Shown here piece after piece: positions 12,926-25,862 of a stretch of DNA of 64,000 nt (position 1 is its first letter; the number at the start of each line of letters is the position of its first letter). The stretch is from Lama guanicoe. Taxonomy: Eukaryota. Under the pieces are notes generated by a model. The model did no database searches. It saw nothing but the letters and a program-made list of their open reading frames with translations, and was not told the DNA's origin. The translations under genes and the position numbers were made by a program. Where the stretch lies: contig MU054323.1 of the NCBI GenBank assembly GCA_013239625.1, positions 11,553,815 to 11,617,814 of the forward strand, read 5' to 3'.

Positions 12926-13130
12926 TTCTGTGCTCTCCAATATGGTAGCCACAAGCCATATTGGCTACTTACATTGAAACTTAATTAAATGAAAACTTCA
13001 ATACTTCAGTTAACATTAGCCACATTTCAGTCGCTCAATACCAGCATGTGACTAGTGGCTACTGTGTCGAATAGGGCGGAAAGAACTTTTCCATCATTGC
13101 AGAATGTTCTACTGGACAGTGTTGATCTAC
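12926..13130. mobile_element. MER3-like hAT-Charlie element
   Basis: CTGTGCTCTCCAATATGGTAGCCAC...GTGGCTACTGTG...TTTCCATCATTGCAGAATGTTCTACTGGACAGTG. Confidence 0.8.
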
Positions 13131-13558
13131 TAAATGAGGTTAATAAGATTATCTATCTCATAGGCCTGTTTCGGTAATTAAATAAAATGTTGTACATAAA
13201 ATGCTTTGACTTGTAAAAGCATATGTATATGCTTGATAAATGGAATGTATTATTTTTATCCATGAAATAAAATTTTTAGAAGAAAGTCACTTGAAGTATC
13301 AAATTTAGTTCAGGGAAATATGATATAAAGTCTCCACATGTAAGTGTCATTCTCAGCACCATGTCTTGCTGAGACTGGGGGTTGTAGGAGGCATTGAGGT
13401 TGCCAAGGAGTTGGGTCCTGTCAGTGCCATTTGCTCCATGAACAATTACAGTCGCCTGATTGCCTACTGGTCGGGGGAGTGTAGGGTGTGGGGAGTGGGT
13501 TAGAAATTCCTTAAACCCAGAAAAGCTGAAGGAGCTTCTGCAGCAGCAATGAATCGTT

Positions 13559-13662
13559 GGAGGGAGGGAGGGAAGGAAGAAGGAAGAGGGAGGTAAGAGG
13601 GGAGAAAGAGAGAGAGAGAGAAAAAGAGAGAGGGAGGGAGGGAGGGAGAGGGAGAGAGAAGG
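13559..13662. repeat. Polypurine (GGGA/GA)n low-complexity tract
   Basis: About 100 nt of almost pure A/G. Confidence 0.9.
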
Positions 13663-14194
13663 CGAACTATGGGACATGAGACGACTTCTCCTCTTCATGA
13701 GGTACAGACAGTGGAGCCTAGTTCCACACCCCTGACTGCTGCCCCAGGACGAGCCTGGGTGAGGACTCAAGGCAGAGTGACATCCATGATGGTTTGACAG
13801 CTGCCTTGTGTATGAAGCTTCCACATTGTCTAGAAAAGCCTAGAAGGTGGAGACGGTCTGAGGACCTTGATGCCACCTCAGACATTATATAATTGAAGCC
13901 TAAGGAATGCCCTTGGAACCTCCAGACAGGCACTGAGCAAGCTTTAGACTGGGAGGCAACCTTCTAGAAGCAGGGATAGGCAGCAGGACATGAGGAGAAA
14001 ATCACGATGCACACTCCCTGCCAGGCTGGCCCTGGCCCCCCAGATGGCTTCTTCTGACCCACATTTCTCCCTGAAAGTGTTTGCTGAACTTGCCTGAGGC
14101 CTGAAGCTGAGATGACTGGGCTGTGAGGGTCCAAAGAGTCCCAGGGGACAGCCCTGTGGCTGCTACCCTGCGCCACCCCTCCCACACTGATCAT

Positions 14195-14690
14195 GGTAAC
14201 AGTAGCGAGTGTTTAGCAAGTGTTCACAGTGTGCTAGACCATGTTCTAAGTATCGTCTTCATTTAGTCCCTAAAATAATCATGTGAGGTACTGGTACCAT
14301 TTTTATCTTCATTCTTTTCACATAAAAAAATGGAAAGAAGGGCAGAACCAAGACGGAGATTGATTCCTGCTTATCCAGATGAGGCAGCAGATTCTACTAG
14401 GGCACAAAATATTATTAGCAGCAAGCAGGAGCCTCAAATACATTATGAGCTTATGATGAAGCCTTGTTGGAGGCAATACAGTGTGATGTTAGGAGTACAA
14501 GTCTCAGAGCCAGACTCCAGGGTTCAAATCACAGCTCTAACACTTTGGGCAGCTCATTTAACTCTTTGTTTCTGTTTCTCATCTCTACAACGGGGCTAAT
14601 AATTGTACCTCCTCCTAGAGTTACAGTGAGGATTCAGTGACTCAAAGCATCTGAAGCCAGGCCTGCCATGTGGTCGGCACAACGTAAGTA
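14195..14690. mobile_element. Two MIR copies (minus about 14195-14330; plus about 14470-14690)
   Basis: MIR motifs GAGCCAGACTCCAGGGTTCAAATCACAGCTCT and CTGTTTCTCATCTCTACAACGGGGCTAATAATTGTACCT. Confidence 0.65.
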
Positions 14691-16859
14691 CAGGCCACAA
14701 CGGGCAGGATTTGGCCATGCTGGTGGGGGTGCCCCTTCCAAGGCTCTTTACAGTCACATCTGTGTGCTGTGGCAGTCAAAGACATCACCATGTTGAAGGG
14801 ATGAGCACACTGGCCTTTTTTCCTACCATCTTACTAGGAATACAGGTCAACCCAAGAATTCTCTATTCCATATATGGAGCTTGAAACCCATGTCAGGCAC
14901 CGGTGGATAGAGTCATTCATTCATTCATTCATTCACTCACTATTCATTCCTCAAAATTCCAGCGAGTCCTGTTGGGGACACACAATCCTACCTGAGGAAA
15001 AGGACAGCATGTGAAGTCAGAAATTTTAGTTTAAATCCCAGACCTTCCCCTCACTCTCTGTGTCACATTGCGCAAGTCACATTAGCTGTCTGAACCTGTT
15101 CTCTTATACAACTGGAAAAGAACAAAGGAGACAAAGTAAGGAAAGACATGAGAAGCCCTGGAAAAACTATACAAGTGTTAAGTGCTGCCAGTTGTGATGA
15201 GGGGCACAAGAAAAATGACACACCCACATACACATTTTAGAAGCAGTGCTGGAATGAAGAGTGACCCCCTGTAAGTCATGACGTGTAAGCTCCTGGAAGA
15301 GAAGAAGAATGGTAGTAAAACATATTTGGCCCCTGGTGGCCTCTATTTTGGGCTCCTGGCATGACTCTGTGTGAGTCGTTTTATTTCTGTTTGCCTCAGT
15401 TTCTCCTTGGCCCCAAAAGACATCACAGTGGAGACATTGCTGGAATTAGATAACAAAGAGCTCTCAACTCTTTCTAAATAAAAATGTTATAAATTCTTCA
15501 ACACTATAAATACGGTCTCACGTCTATTGCTCAGTACCTTGTGAAAAAAAAACATTCTAAAAGAATCTCATCTGAAAATAACAAAGGGAGAAAAATATAA
15601 TCCCTCCAAGCTTTAAATAGAGTTCTCTGCTCAGCACTCCTCAGGAGTGAAGGCCAGAAGAAGGAAGTCACTGCTGGGGACTTATTGCCTCTGGCTGGTA
15701 AGATGGGTTCTAGAAGCTTGAAGCACCTCCATCTTAACTTTAAGCAGCAATTTAAGCTCTACCTGACCCCTAGTAACCCTCTCCTTTCCCAAAGCTACAA
15801 ATAGGTCCTGAGTTAGGACAAGAGTTGGTGCCTTCAGGGTTCAGGTCTTGTTCTACATCATCAGAAAGTAACTATTCTGCATAACCTAACCTGCCTTTAC
15901 TGAATGTGCTCCGCAGAGCACTTGGAATTTAATCAGCATTTAGTAATGGCTGCTGATATCGTTAGCTTACTAGACATTATATTCCTTCCTCCTGTTCCAG
16001 CTTCTGCTGGCTGCTTTTGGAAGGGTGAAGAGGAGGTTTGAGCATCAGGGCTCTCAAAGTGGCCCTCACCCGGGCTCTTTGCATCCAAAAGACCTGATGA
16101 GATTATGAGAATGTTAAGGGGGCTAAGAAATTTCCCATGGAGCTTCATGCCCTAAAGTTGAGATAGTTCTAGGAGAACCAACAGGGTTCACCTGCTGCAA
16201 GGTGGAGTTGGTGGTCATCTGCCAGGGTAGGGGGGTCCCTGGGGGTGGGGCTTGAACATTGCTCTGGAATACCTTCCCTAATTTTACAGCTGATGTCTAA
16301 AATTCCTTTATAGGTGACCAAGCCTCTACAAGATACAAAATACAAATATAAATGAGACAGGAAAGGCAATTGTTTAAATTCATCCTATCATGTAAGTGAC
16401 TGACATGTTAACTTTCCTTTGAATAAATTCTAACAGGGAAAGAAAAAAGACAGAGATAGTTATACCTGAAGACAATGTAGGATGATGAAGACTGACTGAC
16501 AGAGGGGCTCATTTATGGAGACTGAAGAGACCCCATGGCTACTACAATCTTCATACCCATGGTTTCCTATATTTCATATGGGAATACTGAGGCGTGTAAT
16601 CTAGTGACATGTTGTGTTAGAACTGGGTTACAGCCCAAGGGTCCTGGTTCCTGGTACAGGGTCTTTCCATCCCACTGTGGATACAGCACTGCAGCTGAGG
16701 GACCAGATGAGTTTCAGTCTCCTTCCAATTTGGTTTGGGCCATCCCTGAAAACCAGGTCTCAGGCCCATCCTCTCAGTGGGAGGTACCATGGGATGCAAC
16801 TCAGAGGGCCCAGGAGCTGGATGTGTTCCTGGCAGAGGAGGGGTGGCAGGCTTACTCAC

Positions 16860-17057
16860 CTTTGGCCGCATCCAGGTCAGGTTGGAGAGGTTTCTTCCCT
16901 TGAGCAGAGGTAGACCTATGGAATAAGTCTCGGCAGGGAACGTCTCATCCTCAAACAGCAGGCCTCTCTTTAGGCAATGATCCCGCAAGGAGTAAAAGTT
17001 CTGTTCCTTGAACCTGATGATGGGGGTCTTGGCTAGAAGCTCCTGGTTATATGCCAT
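16860..17057 (-). CDS. CAPN13: Calpain-13, first coding exon (66 codons, MAYNQELLAK...LTWMRPK)
   Basis: Translation resembles the CAPN13 N-terminus (MAY.QE...IIRFKEQNF..LRDHCL..G..FEDETFPA...SIG). Kozak context GAGTCATGG. In-frame upstream TAA at 17067-17069. Donor AAG|GTGAGT at 16860|16859, phase 0. Confidence 0.95.
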
Positions 17058-17090
17058 GACTCTTATTTAGACGAGGTATAAGGTCTTTCC
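17058..17090 (-). other. CAPN13: 5' UTR part of the first coding exon; implies an upstream non-coding exon
   Basis: Polypyrimidine acceptor TCTCTTTTTCTAACCCAAAG|GGAAAG lies 33 nt upstream of the ATG. Confidence 0.75.
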
Positions 17091-17367
17091 CTTTGGGTTA
17101 GAAAAAGAGATACTTTTAAGGATGAGCCATCAGTCCTTTGTATCATTGAATGTGAGCCCTAGAAGGGTACTCAAATGTCCCCTACCTCTTCAAGTGAGGA
17201 GACTGAGACCCAGATCAGTGCTACCCCTGGTGACGCAGCCAGCTGGCAGGCGATCCCAGACTAGAACTGAAGCATCCTTCCTCCTAGTTAGTTTTCAATC
17301 TGCTGTGCCAAACAGCTTCGCAGTACACTCTTACACACACAAGAGACTATGGGGGGGGACTTGTACA

Positions 17368-18070
17368 TTAATGAACATTTATTGAACACTGACCTTGTGC
17401 CAGGCACTCTTCTGAATGCTGGCAATACAAAGATAAATATGACATGGTCTTTATCCCCTGGGGGCTCATTATCAAGTGGGAAAAATAGATTACACATTTC
17501 AACAACTAGTTATCATTCAACTGGAACTGTGTAATTAAAAATGTGTACAAAGTACTATGGATATAAAGAGGAGGAGCTAGGAGCTGCCAAGGAGGGTCTG
17601 GGATGACTCTCCCACTAGCAGTGACATTGGAAGTGGCCTTGAAGGAAGAAGAATTTGCCAGGTGGAGAACTGGCAGGGAAGACTTAAAAAAAAAAGTCCC
17701 TCCAGGTACCTGAGTACATGGAGGGTCAGGATTTGGATAAGAAGGGTCGTGAGTATTAGAGGGAATGGGAGGGGCTGTGGGGTGGGGGTTAGGGATGGGG
17801 AGTGTTAGCAGAGATGGCCAGGAAGGCAGGTTGGAAGGCTGGATTGTTTTATACCCTGCAAGCACTGCAGGACTGTTGAAGAGGTGGTCATGATCAGATC
17901 TGTGTACAGGGTGGGGCCAGCTGGAGGCTACATGGTGGGTATGGGTAGGGACTGAGACAGGGAAGAGGCTGACAGGCTGCCGCATTTGTCCGTGGGAGAG
18001 ATACTGTTAGAGCATTGGTAGTGAAGATGGTGGAGAGACAGATTCCAGAGTCATTTTACCAGTAGAACCA
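17368..18070 (-). mobile_element. L2 LINE fragment
   Basis: L2 3' end in reverse: TTAATGAACATTTATTGAACACTGACCTTGTGCCAGGCACT, followed by typical L2 body. Confidence 0.75.
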
Positions 18071-18423
18071 GTAGGTGACACAAAAGACCCCAAGGTCCAT
18101 ATGTCCTATCCTTACCCACCTCACAGTGAAAAAGGAACCAGGTAATGATGAAGAACTAGAGAGGAACGTAAGTGGACAGCTCATAAAGAAAGAATAGGCA
18201 CTTACAATCAAGATCTTGGATAACAAAAAATATGCAACTTACAAAGTAACTTCTAATTTTCTTACAGCTAACATGTAATAATAGTATGTTGCAAATTATT
18301 CAGAAAACACACATTCATAGGCAGAATAGCACCATTGGAAGTATCACTGCACATGCATATTTGGAGGGAATTATGCATACAATTGTCTAGCAGATGAGGT
18401 AAGGATAACCTCTATTTGAATTA

Positions 18424-18551
18424 TTAGGTTGAACCATATGAAACTGCCATTTTTAAACACCAAAAATAGTTCAATATAGTCAGTTTCATATGGTTTAACC
18501 TAAGGTAAAAATAGTTGAATAGAGGTCATTTTTTTGGGGTTTAATCTAATA
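18424..18551. mobile_element. MADE2-like mariner MITE (80 bp) plus a degenerate extra right half
   Basis: TIR TTAGGTTGAACCATATGAAACTG (18424-18446) pairs 22/23 with 18481-18503. TA precedes it. 18504-18551 resembles a second right half ending TAATA. Confidence 0.75.
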
Positions 18552-19976
18552 TGATACATGCATTTTTTAAATCCGGTTCTTGGAAAATAATAGGTGAAAA
18601 TATGTCAATATACCTCATTAAGAGGAGAGTTCACAATAAATCAGACAGTCGTTCAGCTGAAAAAATAGTAAGATATCGCTCAAGAACAAGAAGACAGCAA
18701 CACAAACCGAGGCAGTGCCACGTGATGAGGCAGAGGTGGGGGAACTGTGGGCCTACCAACTCCACACAAGCTTAGGGACAGCAGAACCAACATAGCACTG
18801 CCAAGCCACCGACCTCTCAGCCAAACACTGGACTAGCGCGTGAGACAGCCTCCAGCAGGGGGCTTATTCTAGGTTAGGAGAACGAGGCTGCGGCCACGCT
18901 GAAGAACACAACTACAGGACTTTTATTAAGCAGCCCTTAACTGTGGGTAAAAATGACTCTGAAGAATTTGGCTTGACTGCTCCCGCTCCAGCAGAATCTT
19001 GCAAAGGCCTTGCATTTGAGGATCGGGTCCCAGCTCACCTGCAGGGCCCTCATTGCCTACTACTGGGCAGTGGACGGGCCAACTTTAGGAACCCCTCTTC
19101 TAAGACTCACTTTCCTCGTTTGTGAAATGGAGATGACATTAACATGCATGTTGTAGAGCTGTTGTAAGGCTCGGACGAAGCCATGCTTGTTGAATACTCA
19201 GCACGGGGACTAGTAAACAGAAAGTGGTCAATGGACAGTAGTTATTAGCATAGTTATTATTGTCATTTTGGCCGTGAAAGGACTGCGCAGAAGCCCCACA
19301 CCCTCTAAAAGGAGTTCTTGCTTTAATGAACAACAGGCAAGGCTCAGAGTGGGTGAGGGCCAGGGGTGGGACATCAGATCCGTGCCCTCTGCCCTACTAC
19401 TGCTCTGCATCCCTCAGCTGAGAGCCCGGGAGGGCAGGGGAAGGCTCTGGGGGACAGGCAGCAGGCCTGGGTGCCCACTGCTGGGGGAGCTGGTCTGCTG
19501 GTCTGCTGCTCTGGGAGGGAGGAGAACTTTGACCGGGAAAAGAAGGCAGGCTGGAAGGGGAGCCTCTTCTACATGCACAGACCTCACACCTACCAGGATC
19601 ACCTTCCTGCTCACCGAATTGCTTATGGCTTTGCCAGGGAACAGCCTGTAGACTCAGTCTCTCAGGCTGCAAGGGTGTAAAGAACTGACAACATTTCACC
19701 GGTGTGTGCAGTAGAAGAGGCCAACCAATTTCCCTGCCTGTCACTTTGGGAAGGGCTCTTTGGCTTATTTCTTTTCTTCTCTATTCTACTTGCCTCACTT
19801 TGCAAGATCAACAAAGGCAGGAAAAAAGGCTCAGCTGTTTTGCTAAAGAAATGAAGACGGTCTACCTGGTATTCAGGATAAAAGTCAGTCTTGCTGCTGG
19901 GGTATCTTTTGGGTCTAGCGAGAAAAATGGCACAGCAGAGGCCAGAAAAATGAGAAAAAGAGTTGCTACCAAGTTC

Positions 19977-20049
19977 CTTTTCTAAATTGAAGTATAGTTG
20001 ATTTACAATATTATGTTAGATTCAGGTATACAGTAAAATGATTCAGTTT

Positions 20050-20083
<34 letters not shown>

Positions 20084-20622
20084 TACATATATATTTCAGA
20101 TATATATATATATATATTTCAGATTCTTTTCCATTATAGATTATTATAAAATATTGAATATAGTTCCTGTGCTATACAGTAAATCCTTGTTGCTTATCTA
20201 TTTTATGCATAGTAGTTTGTATCTATTAATTCCATACTCCTAATTTATCCCTCCCCACACTCTTTCCCCTCTGGTAACCATAAATTTGTTTTCTATGTCT
20301 GTGAGTCTATTTCTGTTCTGTATATAGATTCATTTGTAGATTCTACATATAAGTGATATAATATTTGTCTTTCTCTGTCTGACTTACTTTACAGTATGAT
20401 CATCTCTAGCTCCATCCATGTTGCTGCAAATGGCATTATTTCATTCTTTATTTTTTGGCTGGGCAATATTTCATTGTACATAAATATTACATCTTCTTAA
20501 ACCAATCATCTGTTGATGGGAATCTGGGTTGTTTCCATGTCTTCACTATTGTAAACAGTGCTGCTCTGAACACTGGGGTGCACTTATCTTTTTGAATTAG
20601 TTTTCATCTTTTCCGGATATAT
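19977..20622 (-). mobile_element. Relatively young L1 3' end with internal (TA)n microsatellite
   Basis: TTGAAGTATAGTTGATTTACAATATT...CCATCCATGTTGCTGCAAATGGCATTATTTCATTC, an L1 3' UTR/ORF2 end in reverse. Confidence 0.85.
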
Positions 20623-20624
20623 AG

Positions 20625-20880
20625 GTTATGAAGTATCATAATCTCATGAACACCCAAGAGCCTACCACCATGGTCAAGAATTTACCAGCACTTCTGAAGG
20701 TACCTGTGCTTTCCTCCCTGATGGCACCCCCTCATCTCCCCCAGAGGAAGCCAACACCAGAATGTTGTTTTTATCATTCTCTTGGTTTTCTGAAAAATAG
20801 TTTTATCACATAGTTATATATCTCAACATTGCATTGCTTTAATTTTGTTTGTTTTTTAGCTTTTCAAAATGATATTGGTA
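20625..20880 (-). mobile_element. Old L1ME-like 3' end
   Basis: ATGAACACCCAAGAGCCTACCACCATGGTCAAGAA...CCCCAGAGGAAGCCA...TTTATCATTCTCTTG. Confidence 0.55.
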
Positions 20881-20889
20881 TTCCAGTTC

Positions 20890-23800
20890 CTTTATGGTAA
20901 CGTAAGAAGCCCCTGTGTAACCCATTCCTCCTGCTGATTATAACTATAAGCTCTGGAAAAAATAAAACAATTACTTGGCAACCTGAAATGAAAACAAAAG
21001 CTGGCAAATTCTATGGCCGAGTAAGAACTTAGAGAAGAAATGAACATGAGGGTGAATTTCCAGGTTTTGGGGTTTTTCCTCTCACATCTGTGCCATGAGG
21101 CTGGGCCCCAGTGATAAGTGGCCTGGTGCAGATGACCGAAGCTTTGATGGAAATCCTGCCACCTTTCTAGGAAAGGAGTCCTTACAGACTTGGGGGGAGC
21201 ATACAAGGGGGAAGAAGCTGAGAAGAGAGGGCACCAGAGAATGGGATCTTCTAATTCTGGGTATAATTCTGCCCAAGTCTTAGCCTAACCCACGTGCATT
21301 AGAAATGTGTGGAACGAATCCAGATCAGCACGGCAAAGCCTTAAATGAACTGAGATTTGAATGACTTCACACAGACGATGAGCTAGAATGTACAGTCTGA
21401 ACTTTGTCAGGTCGCTTCTTGCTTAAAGAAAAAAAAAATCAACATTTTTCCAGAGGATTATAGCAGAAAACAAAGTCTACCCAACATAACATTCACTTTG
21501 TCTAGGATATAATCCCAAACTTTTCAAAATAGAAGAGCTAAGAAAATGTGACCCACTCTCAGGAGAAAACACAATTGATTGGTGCCAATTTTGCAATGAT
21601 CTAGCTGTAGAATTGTAAGAAAAAGATTTTAAAACAGCTACTAAGCTATGCTCCATGAAGAAAAGGAAAACACACTTGAAATGAATAAGAAGATTAGGCA
21701 ATCTCAACAGAGAAATAGAAGTCAAATAAAAAAGAAACAAATGGAAACTTTAGAGTTGCTTAAGAGCAGAATAGAGATGACAGAGAAAAGAATACGTGAA
21801 ATAAGAGGAAAGAATAAGATCAATAAAAATAATCCAATTTAAAAACAAATTGAAAAAAAAACTGAAAAAAAAAGGTTAGAACCACAGGGAGACATGTGAT
21901 ATAATATCAAAAGGTCTGACTTATGTGTAATTGAAATTCCAGAAGGAGAGGATACAAATACTAGGGCAGAAACAGTATTTGAGGAAATAATGGTCAAAAA
22001 CTTCCCAAATTTGGTCACAAGTTTATGAATTCACGAAGCATGAGAAATCAAGAAAACCGTAACTAGACACATCATAATCAAGCTGTTGAACGACCAAGAT
22101 GAAGAAAAAGTCTTGAAAGAAGGTAGAGAAAAATAACAGATTACACAAAAGGGAACAATGGTGACAATGACTACAAATTTGTCATCAGAAGCCACAGAGG
22201 ACAGGAAACGGTGGGGTATCTTTAAAGCACAGAAAGAAAGTAATGTCAACCTTGAATTCTACATCCAATAAAAATACATTTCAGGAATAAAAGTGAACTA
22301 AAGATGTTTCAGATAAACAAAAACTAAGAGAAATCATGAAATGCCATGCGTCAGCAGAAATGATAAAGGAACTTCTTTCATTTGAAGGGCATAATAACAG
22401 GGATAATTGAATAAATATATAAGACTTAATTCCTCTTAAAGTCTTTAAGCCACGTATGTATGTTCAAAAAAATCAGAACATTGTTGGGAGAGGTTTCAAA
22501 TGTATGCAGATATAATTCATATGACAACTATAACATAAGGAACAGTGGAAGAGGATTAAAGAGACCTACATGGTTGCAAATTTTCTGTATTTTACAATGA
22601 AGTGGTACAACAGGATATGAAAGGTTAAGTATGTGTATTCTAATTCTTGACAAGCACTAACAAAATAAGAAGAGATATAGCCCAAAAGCTAATAGATAAG
22701 TTAAAATAGAATATTAACATACAGTCAAATAAGTAATAGAAGTCAATTAAAGTGGAATATGGGATAAACAAACAAAATAGACCTAAATCCAACCATATCA
22801 ATAAGTAAACGTTAATTTAACTCCAATAAAAGGCTGAGATTGACAAAATAGATTAAAAAAGCAAGCCTCAACTATATGCTGCCTATACAAAATACACTTT
22901 AGATACAAAGACACAAATAATTTGAAAACAAATGGGTGAAAAGAAATACGCAATACAAATAGTAAGCATGAGAAAGCTGGGAGGAATGTTAATAGATTGA
23001 TCAGTTAGATTTCATAACAAAGAGTTTTACTAGGGATAAAGTGGGGCATATAATATTGGTAAATATATCAGAAGGAAATAAAATCATAAATGTGTAGGCA
23101 CCTAATAACTGAACCTGAAAATACCAAAACTTAACAGAATTTAAGGGAGAAAGAAACAATTCCACAATTATAGTAAGAGATTTCAGCATGCATTTTCTAG
23201 TAATAGACAAACTAGACAAAAAAATTACTGAAAAAGTAAAATACCTGAATAACACTATCTATCACCTCAATATGACTGACACATATCCTACATCTATAAA
23301 CTGCAGTATATACATTCTTTTCATATGTATGAGACACATTCACCAAAAACTGACAATATGCTTGTCCATAAAAGAGTATATGTCCAAGATTGAACCACAC
23401 AGACTATTCTCTAACCATAACAGAGTTAAAATTTGAAATCAATAACAACATTCAAGAAAATCCCAAATATCTAGAATTAAACACACTCTAAATAATTCAT
23501 GAGTCAAGGATGATATCATAAGGTAAATAAGAAAACCCCAAACAAGTAAAAGGAAGTGAATAATAAAGAACAGAAATTAATAAAGGGGAAAAACAGTAGA
23601 GAAAATTATCAAAGCAAAAACTATTTCTTTGAAAAGATCAATGACATTGACAAACTCAGAGTCAAACTACTCAAGGACAGAAGAGTGAGAACACAAATCA
23701 CCAATGTCATCACTGATAAAGGGGTTATCCACATACTCTATAAACATTACAGGGTTAAGAAGAGAATACCATGAATAAGCTTATGCCAACAAATTCAATA

Positions 23801-25850
23801 GTTATATGAAATGAATAAATGTCTTCAACAATTAAACTTACCAAAATTGACACAAGAAGAAACAGAAAATCTGAACAATCCCATAACTAATAAAGTAATT
23901 AAATTTATTAAAAGCTTTCCAAAAAAGAGACCCCCAGATCCAGGTGGTTTCACTAGTAAATTCTATTGTAACATCAAGAGCAAAATAGCACTAATTTTAC
24001 ACAAACTTCTTCAGAAATTAGAGAATGGAAACACTGCCGAACGTATTTTACCAGGTCAGTGTGACACTCACAACCAAGCTTTATAAAGGATCCACCCCCA
24101 AGAAAAAATAATCATGAGTTAATATCTCTCCCTCATAAGGAGAGATGGCGAAGATCCTCAACAAAATTATAGCAAATGAAATCCAATAATGTAAAAAAGA
24201 AAATAAAAAGGATAATACATCAATACTAAGTTGGATTTATTTCAAGAAGGATGTAAGGATGGTTTAACACTAAAAAAAAATCAGTATAATTAACCATATT
24301 AAAAGGCTAAAAAGTAAATCAATAACTGAATTAGAATTATTTGATGAAATCCAGCATATATTTATGATAGAAACTTTCAGACGGGATTTACCCAGAAAAA
24401 GTAGGTAACATCCTCAAACTGATGAAAGATATCTATGAAAAATCTACAGCTAAAAATCAGACTTAATGATGGAAGACTATTTGCTTCCCTTATGATCATA
24501 ACTGAGGAAAGGATGTCTGCTACCACCATTTCTACTTAACATTGTACGAGAGGCTCTTGCCAGTTCAGTAAGAAAATAAAAGGCAAAAAGATCAGAATGA
24601 AGAAACAAAAAAAGGTTCTTATTTGATATTTCGATTGTAGAAAATGCTGGGAAATCTACAAAGTAGCTACCAGAATTAATGACTGAATTTAGCAAGGTCA
24701 CAAGATACAAGCAGCAAACAATAGGAAAACAGTAGCATTTTATTAAAAATACTTGGGGAAAAAAATCTAAAGACATCCAAGCTCTCTACATCAAAAACTA
24801 TAAAACATTGCTGAGAGAAATTTAAGAAGACCTAAATAAATGGAGTGATAGATCAGGTTCATTGATTAGAAGGCTCTGTATTGCCAAAATGGTAATTCTC
24901 TCCAAATTAATCTGTAGACTTAATACAATCCCACCTAAAATTCTAGCATGTTCTTCTTTTTAAAAATTGAAAGCTGATTCTAAAATTTTCATCTAAATGC
25001 AAAGGATCTAGAATAACCAGATAGTTTTTAAAAAAGATAAAGTTGGAAGACTTAGCCAACCTAATTTCAATACTTGTTATATAGCTAAAGTATTGGCAAA
25101 ACGACAGATGAATAGATCAATGGAGCAGAGTAGAGAACCTAGAAGTAGACCAAAACGTATATGGTCCATTAACTTTTTACAAAGTTTCAAGGCAATGCAT
25201 TGAGGATAGAAATGTCTTTCAAAAATGTGATGCTGGATCAACAGGACATCCACATGGGAAAAAAAAAATAAACAGGGACCCTTTGTTCACACTATACACA
25301 AAAACCGAATCAAAATGATCACAAACCTAAAGATAACACTTAAAATTATGGCACTTTTAGAAGAAAACATAGGAGAGTATATTGTAATCTTGGGGTAGGT
25401 ATATGTGTCTTTGATAAAACACAAAAATATGAGCCTTACAAGAAAAAAAACGGTTAAATTAAACTTCATCAAAAGTGTGAAAGACACCATTAACAAAAAT
25501 GCAAACCACAGACCAGGAGAAAAAATTGGTAGCAAATATATTATAGCAAGGGACTTGTATCCAGAATATATAAAGAACTCTTATAAATCAATAATAAGAG
25601 AAAGATAACCCATTGAAAAGGTCAAAAGATTTGAGCAGATATTTTACCAAGAAACATATAAAAATAGGCAATAACCAACATGAAAAAATATTCCACATCT
25701 TAAGTCACCAGTAAAATGCAAATTAACACCACCATGAGATATCATTGCACTAAAATTAAAAATACTGACATGTGGATGAGGCGATGGAACAACTGGAACT
25801 TTCATACACTCCTGGTGCATATGTGAATGGTATGACCACCCAGTGCACGT
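20890..25850 (+). mobile_element. Long degraded L1 (5' region, ORF1, ORF2 with deletions)
   Basis: ORF1-like coiled-coil remnant (21648-21842) and ORF2 remnant NLPKLTQEETENLNNPITNK...PDPGGFTSKFY (23811-24086). Many frameshifts. Confidence 0.9.
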
Positions 25851-25862
25851 GTGAATGGTATG

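Noticed and set aside
16617..16859. C-terminal extension of the 146-aa ORF after MRPK
   Set aside because: Read-through into the intron past a canonical GTGAGT donor; calpain similarity ends at the donor.
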